Shown here piece after piece: positions 40,675 to 46,717 of a DNA stretch of 46,717 bases. Position 1 is the stretch's first letter, and every line of letters begins with the position of its first letter. The notes below the pieces were generated by a model. It worked only from the letters and a program-made list of their open reading frames with translations, made no database searches and was not told the origin of the DNA. Source of the DNA: Thainema sp. (GTDB taxonomy: Bacteria > Cyanobacteriota > Cyanobacteriia > Phormidesmidales > Phormidesmidaceae); NCBI GenBank assembly GCA_052168235.1, contig JBQLZK010000038.1, positions 1 to 46,717 of the forward strand, read 5' to 3'. The position numbers and the translations under genes are program-made.

Positions 40675-41493
40675 CTACCAGCCTAAAACCACGCCCCAGA
40701 AGGCATCTTCGAATGGGCCTTCGTCGGCCTCAATAGTGACACGCTTGGCCCAGGTAAACACATCGAAGCTGACATGACCGCTGTCGTGGCGGCCAAAGGT
40801 GCCCTTTTGAATGTTGATATTGCCCACAATCGTAATCCAGTGATCCGGAGCCGTAATTCGAGGTGGATCATCGCTGAGCAAGGCGCGAGCCGTAATCAAG
40901 CCAAATGCTACACCGCCCTGATCAAGGACGGTCTGGGCTTTTTTTAACGCCGTTAAATCTCGCAGCACATAGGTGTGCATGTAGTCCACATGGTCATACC
41001 CTAGGATTTCTCGAACCCAGCCTTTCATCTCCCAGGATTTGGTCATACCTGCCAAGTTGCGAACTACCGTCGGCGCGTTTGGCTCAACCGGAAAGATCAG
41101 ATTCTCCGATTCCCGTAGAGTTGCCAATACCATCCAGTCCGCTGGCCCCATCCGCAAGTTGCCTTGGCTGGCATCTCGCAGTTTTGCGGATGTTTGAATT
41201 CGACGGCTCTGGGCCTGAAACCCTCCAGTTTCCAACAGATCCCGGCACAGTTCAACATAGCGTAGCGGAAATTTGTCAATCAGCTCGAACAAAATGGACG
41301 CGGGGCCGCAGAACGGCTGCTGTCCCTGGTTGACGCTGAAGGGATTCTGCAACCGAGCGCGCATGTCCTTAATAATTTTGTCTTTGTTGAGGTGGGGCCA
41401 AACTCCCGGCTGATCAGAGGCTTGAAACTGATTTAGCGCCAGTATGGCCTGCTGCTGGGTTTCTTCAGAAGCAACGTGATTGGGGGCAGACAT
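40675..41493 (-). CDS. Hypothetical protein, possible papain-like cysteine peptidase
   Basis: NQG...FCGPAS ... DHWI ... FTW; SD AGGAG. Confidence 0.7.
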   Translation of the reverse strand: MSAPNHVASEETQQQAILALNQFQASDQPGVWPHLNKDKIIKDMRARLQNPFSVNQGQQPFCGPASILFELIDKFPLRYVELCRDLLETGGFQAQSRRIQTSAKLRDASQGNLRMGPADWMVLATLRESENLIFPVEPNAPTVVRNLAGMTKSWEMKGWVREILGYDHVDYMHTYVLRDLTALKKAQTVLDQGGVAFGLITARALLSDDPPRITAPDHWITIVGNINIQKGTFGRHDSGHVSFDVFTWAKRVTIEADEGPFEDAFWGVVLGW

Positions 41494-41643
41494 GGTGAGA
41501 CTCCTAAATAAAAAGCGCTAGTCAAAAGCGCGATCGCATTTATTGCACTTATTGCACTTTTACTGCATTTTCTAGTATGCAGTAAAGATCCGAAAAAGAT
41601 ACGTTGATGAGAACAGGATTAAGCAGTAGCTTAGTCCAACTCA

Positions 41644-41679
41644 AGCTAAAAGCCTGGAGAGACTTCCAGGCTTTTGCTT
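41644..41679 (-). terminator. Intrinsic terminator downstream of the DUF1353 gene
   Basis: AAAAGCCTGGA...TCCAGGCTTTT. Confidence 0.6.
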
Positions 41680-41684
41680 TAGAT

Positions 41685-42527
41685 TTAACTCTGCTCAGCT
41701 TTAGGAGCTGTTAGTTTTAGCAATAAGAAGATAAATGCATAGAAAGGAAAGACCGCGACATAAAGTCCGAAAACGATATAAGCAGTCATCTTAAATCCTA
41801 GAGTAGCAACCGAAGTGGCTAGCAATGCAAATAACGTAGCAATCACAGCAACCAATATGGAAAAAGCTCGAAGTGGAAACTTTCCTGTCCGATATTGACC
41901 GTTGTATTTTACTCCAAACCAACCCAGCCTAACGGCTAGCCAAGCAATTATTGCTGTACGAGGCATTTTGTTGACGGTTTTAATAATATCGTAGAAGAGC
42001 TGATCTGCATGATGCCTTTCTACTGGACGAAACTCTGTCTTTCCAGACTCATCACGATATAGCAATCCACCATACTCGAAGGCAAAATCATGGACTAGAG
42101 ATGCAGTTAACATCACGCCAATGGGTCGCAGGATACCAAAGCTCAAAAAGCTAATCAACCAAGGATAAGGAACAGATGCGCCATCAAACTGAGTTTTTTG
42201 ACCAGATTTTTCTGGATGATTAGTAGGGATGATAACCGTTCCAGAAAAGTCTTGGCCATCATAGTTATCTGTTTCGTACGTGTCGATTCTTATTTCCCAA
42301 TCGCGATCAAGATTGAACAGTCGGGGAGCACTAGCACCTCTAAAAGCCTCAAGTAACCCACCAATATCTGTCTTTAACGGTACGGGAATGAGGCAGGGAA
42401 AATCATTCAACTTTACGGAAAATGGGGCAAAAGAATCTGGCCCTTTTGGGTATTGATACTTGTATTCTTTCTGTAGATGGATCTCGGCAGAGATTTTATT
42501 GGAAATCAGTGGTTTCTGAACATTCAT
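41685..42527 (-). CDS. DUF1353 family protein with C-terminal TM helices
   Basis: FDGASVP, ASLVHD..F, ADQLF, AVRLG. Confidence 0.8.
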   Translation of the reverse strand: MNVQKPLISNKISAEIHLQKEYKYQYPKGPDSFAPFSVKLNDFPCLIPVPLKTDIGGLLEAFRGASAPRLFNLDRDWEIRIDTYETDNYDGQDFSGTVIIPTNHPEKSGQKTQFDGASVPYPWLISFLSFGILRPIGVMLTASLVHDFAFEYGGLLYRDESGKTEFRPVERHHADQLFYDIIKTVNKMPRTAIIAWLAVRLGWFGVKYNGQYRTGKFPLRAFSILVAVIATLFALLATSVATLGFKMTAYIVFGLYVAVFPFYAFIFLLLKLTAPKAEQS

Positions 42528-42761
42528 GGTGTTTGACTCTATTTCAATTAAGCCACCTTAATTGTTGATGCCTTCGCTCATTTCCAAGGCACCCTAGAGG
42601 GTGATTTTGCTCTTTGATTCAACTGTATAGCAGTTGTCACATTGGTGAGGACGTTGGGAAACTCTAAAAACGTTTGAATGTTTAAACGGTTAGACTTCGT
42701 AAATGTTTCGACCAAAGTGGCAACGGCTACAATATCAGTTCTACGAATTCTACAAAGTCGC

Positions 42762-45700
42762 TTAAGACACTGCTACAACGCGATCGCGGCCTGCGGCTTT
42801 GGCTTGATAGAGCGCGAGGTCAGCCGACTGCAGCAACAGTTCGCTGGTTGATCCATGATCGGGAAAACAGGCGATCCCAACTGAAACCGTGATGGAACCC
42901 AGTTGCTGTTGATATTCAATCGCTAAATGCTTGACTCCCTGCCGGATTTGCTCCGCCCGCTGGTGTGCAATGTCCAACGATACTTCCGGTAAAATCAGCA
43001 CCATTTCTTCACCGCCATAGCGACAGGCAATATCTGAACCCCGCACCTGCGCTTGCAAAAACTGGCTGAGGTGGCGCAGTACAGCGTCGCCTGCATCGTG
43101 GCCGTAGGTGTCATTAAACTGCTTAAAGTGATCGACATCCAGCAGCAGCACGCTGAGGGGATGCTGATTGCGCTCTGCTCGCCGCAGCTCTCGTTCTAAA
43201 AATTCACCCAGATAGCGGCGATTAAATAGGCCCGTCAGCGGATCGCGCGTGCTTTGATTTTGCAGCGTGGCGTAAAGCTTGAGGTTTGCGATCGCAAGGG
43301 CAACCTGGCGGGCTACGGTGGTGGCTAACTGCTGCTTGGCTTGGGTGAGGGGCTGATCAGGGGAACTGATGTATAACACGCCAGAGGCTGTACCCTGTGC
43401 CACCATTGGCACACAGAAGTAGGATTGGGGCAAGGGGGCAAGTAAGTGCGGGCAGCACAACCCCCGATGCGTGTCCTCCACGTAGTGCGGTTGCCCCCGC
43501 CGCAGCGCCAAGCACTGATCCGACGTAAATAGAAACTGACTTGCGATCGCGGCTTCGCCATCCCCATCCGCTTGCTCACCCCAAATCGTCGCGGCTTCAA
43601 CGAGCTGCTTCGACTCACTAATGGCGTATACCGCGCCACCACAGCCAGGAAACAGGTGCGGCATTAGTTGAGCAATCACAATGTAAGCCTCATCCACCGT
43701 CAAGCAAGCCTGCATCAGGTCGCTCATTTCGTTCAGCAGGGTGATTTCTTGGTGCCGCTGTTCCAAATCATCAACCCACTGAGTCAGCTTGGCGTGGGCA
43801 TCTTGCAGCGCCGCTTCGGTTTGCTGACGCTGTAGGATCTCTTGCTGGAGCTGTGCGATCGCGTGGTTCAGTTCGGCTGTACGTTCAGCCACCTTAATAT
43901 CCAGTTCTTCATTGGCCTGCTGCAAAAAGGCTTCAAACTGCTTGCGATCGGTAATATCAATGGAAATACCCAGAATTCGAACCGCGCTCCCGTCCTCGTC
44001 ATAGAAGATCTGCCCTCGTTCTAGTACCCAATGAACGCTGCCATCTGGATGAACGATCCGAAATTCATGGCTGAGTTCCGTATCCTGCTGAGTCACCTGG
44101 GCCAAGTACTGCTGCACAAATTCCAGATCGTCCGGATGAACCTGGCGGAGAAATGCAGCCTGTGTACCCTCAAAGCTACCCGGTGCTAAGCCATAGAGAA
44201 CTTCACAACTTTCCGACCAGGTCGATTGCTTGGTCAAGAGGTCGAGTTCCCAAATGCCCATTTGGGTGGCATCCAGTGCTAACTTTAAGCGCCCCTCACT
44301 TTCCCGCAGCGAAATCTCTGCCTGTTTGCGATCGCTAATCAAGGCCAGGTAGTTCGCTAAGCTCGACAGCCACTGGAGACTGCGCTCGTCGGTCGGTACG
44401 TCCTCCGGATGCCCCAGGCTCAATGCCCCAATCGTTTTTTGATTGACGGTCATCGGCAGACAAATAAAGGTTTGAATGCCCAAGCGCTTCAATATGTCAT
44501 TTGCACCGCAGAGCTTCGCTTCTTGCTGCACCAGATGCCGAATCACCGCCTGTCCCGTTAGCGCTACCTGTCCCGACAGCGTTTGGTCAATTGGCACTTC
44601 TAAGCGATCGCAACCGGGCGGCAGCGCGATGCCTTGCATCCCTTCAAAAACCATTAACTGACGAATGGGGTCGTACAGTTCAATCGCCACAATCGGAAAA
44701 CCAGTAGCGCTGCTAATTTCTTCGACAATGCCCTGAAACGCAGCCTTCAGCGATTGGCTTCTGAGCGTGATTTCAGAAATGTTGTGCAGGGTTAGCAACT
44801 CTTGATTACGGGAGCGCAGCGATTCCTCTGCCAGCTTACTGGCCGTAATGTCTTCAATTGTGCCCAGAATGCCAATCACATTGCCCTGCTCATCGGGAAT
44901 CGGCACCTTGTTGACGCGAGTCCACAGCCACTGACCATTGGCGTGCTGCTTATATTCAACTGCTTGAATGACAGGCTGCTCCGTTTCAATAATCGTGCGG
45001 TCTTCTTGCCTGTAGTCATCTGCAAAGCCAGGATTCCACGGCAGATCATAGTCAGTTTTCCCCACGACATCCTCGGTGCTGTCCAAGCCTACCATCTCGG
45101 CCCAGAGCTGATTGCCGCCCAAATAGGTGGACTCTCGATCTTTCCAGAAGATTTGCTCAGGAATATTGTCTAAAACGAGCTGTAAAAACTGCTCTTTTTG
45201 CTGTAGCGCGCGCTCGGCCTGTTTGCGATCGCTAATGTCGGTGATGCGCACCCAAATCAGCGATTTATTCGCAATCGAGAATAGTTTGTTTGAAATGCTG
45301 CCCCAAAACACGTTGTCCTTGCAGGTGCAATATTCAATTTCGCTGTTCCAGACGCCGTTGGCCTGTAGCTCTTGATTAACCGCCGCCATTATTTCTGGAG
45401 TCCAGGGCGTCTTATGAAAGGAGGTTCCCTGTTTGCCCAGCAGTTCTTCTTTATGATCCGCCTCAAACAGTTCCAGTGACCGCTGATTGCAGTCCAGAAT
45501 CAGACCAGTTTGACCATCGACGACAAAAATGGCATCAGTGGACTCATTAAACGTGGCGCTGAACAAATCGCGACTTTCCTGAAGGGCTAGTTCGGCGCGT
45601 TGACGTTCGGCATCTAGCCTGGCCCGTTCACTCACATCGCGCACGATGGCAACCACCTCATCTTCTCCACATACGACGATACGGGCCTCATGGGTGCGAA

Positions 45701-46508
45701 TTTTGCCTTCAATTGGCAGCTGTAGCTCATAAACTTGCGTCGTTTCCGTTTGCAGGGCGCGTTCGATATACATCATCCGTTCCTGAGCCAGATTGGGCGG
45801 AAAGACTTCATAGAGCGACTTACCGATGGCTGCTTGGGTTAAATACGCCTTGAAATCTGGCGATGGCTTGTAGTCCAAAATGGTGCCATCACGATGCAGG
45901 CGAATCATCAAGTCGGGGATAGCATTCAATACCGCTCGGTGTTGAATTTCGCTCTGGCGCAGGGCTGCTTCTGCCTTCTTTTGCTCCGTGATATCAATAC
46001 TGACCCCCACATAGCCCTGTACCACTCCATCTCGGCGAGTGGGAGCCAAAATCGTGAAAAAGGTTTGCTGGATTTCGTCTATTTTGTGGTGAGTTTCAGC
46101 TTGAACCACCTCGCCTGCCAAGACTTGCTGTCGATAAGGAATCCACTCCGACACGATACTAGCGGGCAGATCGCTGTCTTCGTACCGTAACCCGATTAAA
46201 TTGCCCCACCGCTGAGCATCGACGGCATTTTGCAAGAGGTGTCTGCCCTCAGCATCACAAATCCAGCAGCTAAAGGGTAGATTATTTACCAAGGTATTGA
46301 GCCGAGCTTCATTTTCAAAGGCTCGTTTGGCTGCCTGAGCATCATCGAGTAATGTTCGGATGCGTCGCCGATTTAGGCGCTCTCGATAGATCAAAATCGC
46401 GATCGCAATCAGCGCGATCGCAATTCCTCCCCATGACTGAACTAAGTTCCAACCAGCAGTATCATTTGCCCCGGTGAGCACGTTGGCAACCCAGTCCATA
46501 CCCTGCAT
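42762..46508 (-). CDS. Diguanylate cyclase with multiple PAS/PAC and GAF domains
   Basis: DPLTGLFNRRY, DVDHFK..NDTYGH..GD, RxxD I-site, RYGGEEM, ADLALY.AK..GRD. Confidence 0.95.
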   Translation of the reverse strand: MQGMDWVANVLTGANDTAGWNLVQSWGGIAIALIAIAILIYRERLNRRRIRTLLDDAQAAKRAFENEARLNTLVNNLPFSCWICDAEGRHLLQNAVDAQRWGNLIGLRYEDSDLPASIVSEWIPYRQQVLAGEVVQAETHHKIDEIQQTFFTILAPTRRDGVVQGYVGVSIDITEQKKAEAALRQSEIQHRAVLNAIPDLMIRLHRDGTILDYKPSPDFKAYLTQAAIGKSLYEVFPPNLAQERMMYIERALQTETTQVYELQLPIEGKIRTHEARIVVCGEDEVVAIVRDVSERARLDAERQRAELALQESRDLFSATFNESTDAIFVVDGQTGLILDCNQRSLELFEADHKEELLGKQGTSFHKTPWTPEIMAAVNQELQANGVWNSEIEYCTCKDNVFWGSISNKLFSIANKSLIWVRITDISDRKQAERALQQKEQFLQLVLDNIPEQIFWKDRESTYLGGNQLWAEMVGLDSTEDVVGKTDYDLPWNPGFADDYRQEDRTIIETEQPVIQAVEYKQHANGQWLWTRVNKVPIPDEQGNVIGILGTIEDITASKLAEESLRSRNQELLTLHNISEITLRSQSLKAAFQGIVEEISSATGFPIVAIELYDPIRQLMVFEGMQGIALPPGCDRLEVPIDQTLSGQVALTGQAVIRHLVQQEAKLCGANDILKRLGIQTFICLPMTVNQKTIGALSLGHPEDVPTDERSLQWLSSLANYLALISDRKQAEISLRESEGRLKLALDATQMGIWELDLLTKQSTWSESCEVLYGLAPGSFEGTQAAFLRQVHPDDLEFVQQYLAQVTQQDTELSHEFRIVHPDGSVHWVLERGQIFYDEDGSAVRILGISIDITDRKQFEAFLQQANEELDIKVAERTAELNHAIAQLQQEILQRQQTEAALQDAHAKLTQWVDDLEQRHQEITLLNEMSDLMQACLTVDEAYIVIAQLMPHLFPGCGGAVYAISESKQLVEAATIWGEQADGDGEAAIASQFLFTSDQCLALRRGQPHYVEDTHRGLCCPHLLAPLPQSYFCVPMVAQGTASGVLYISSPDQPLTQAKQQLATTVARQVALAIANLKLYATLQNQSTRDPLTGLFNRRYLGEFLERELRRAERNQHPLSVLLLDVDHFKQFNDTYGHDAGDAVLRHLSQFLQAQVRGSDIACRYGGEEMVLILPEVSLDIAHQRAEQIRQGVKHLAIEYQQQLGSITVSVGIACFPDHGSTSELLLQSADLALYQAKAAGRDRVVAVS

Positions 46509-46650
46509 AGTCGATTTCTTAGAATGCTTTATTTGATTTAACCCAATTTTAGGGGTTCATGCATCAGGGGAATGGGCCTTAATTTCTGCAACTTGTAGCG
46601 ATAGTCATCTTGATTTGGAGGTTTTTGTGCGTCGCCGCATTACAAAAACC

Positions 46651-46717
46651 TCCAAATCTCAATCCAAATCTCAATCCAAATCTCAATCCAAATCTCAATC
46701 CAAATCTCAATCCAAAT
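46651..46717. repeat. 12-bp tandem repeat (TCCAAATCTCAA)n running off the window end
   Basis: At least 5.5 perfect copies. Confidence 0.9.

Noticed and set aside
46651..46717. Terminal repeat interpreted as a CRISPR array or telomere
   Set aside because: A perfect 12-bp tandem repeat without spacers; simple minisatellite.

Overview
Cyanobacterial chromosomal window, judged from very dense HIP1 octamers (GCGATCGC), heptamer tandem repeats and palindromic MITE/REP-like repeats. The flanks are ordinary: ald, an rsgA paralog, TetR/Rieske and MarR/DMT/azoR modules, an RTX-type Ca-binding protein, two-component systems, a TipA-like MerR regulator and a diguanylate cyclase. The centre (about 18.2-29.8 kb) is an RNA-repair/translation-stress island. 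It encodes RtcB, a Ro60/TROVE-like vWA protein, NADAR, a ThiF/E1 enzyme, a small Gly-terminated ubiquitin-like protein, a protein with an E2-like G-I-C-L motif, a DIP1984-family protein and three tRNAs (Trp, Ala, His). The key observation is five unannotated minus-strand RNAs of 120-206 nt that share one Y-RNA-like terminal helix (5' CGUGC-CCYRA...AGC-N-UACAYAC / 3' GCU...ACUU-GCACG) but carry different cargo domains mimicking parts of the translation machinery. One has the 23S sarcin-ricin loop plus the H42-H44 GTPase-associated (L11/L10) centre. One has a circularly permuted 23S domain IV H67-H71 with a 22-nt exact match. Two have tRNA cloverleaves (anticodons CUA and UUG), and one cargo is unidentified. 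A further large structured RNA lies between the DIP1984 gene and rtcB, and a TGTAGTAT box overlaps all three predicted promoters of the island. Inference: this is a Ro-scaffolded rRNA/tRNA-mimic (decoy or bait) system coupled to ubiquitin-like conjugation and RNA repair. rRNA comparisons were made from memory of the E. coli 23S sequence, and protein families were called by motif recognition only; no searches were run.
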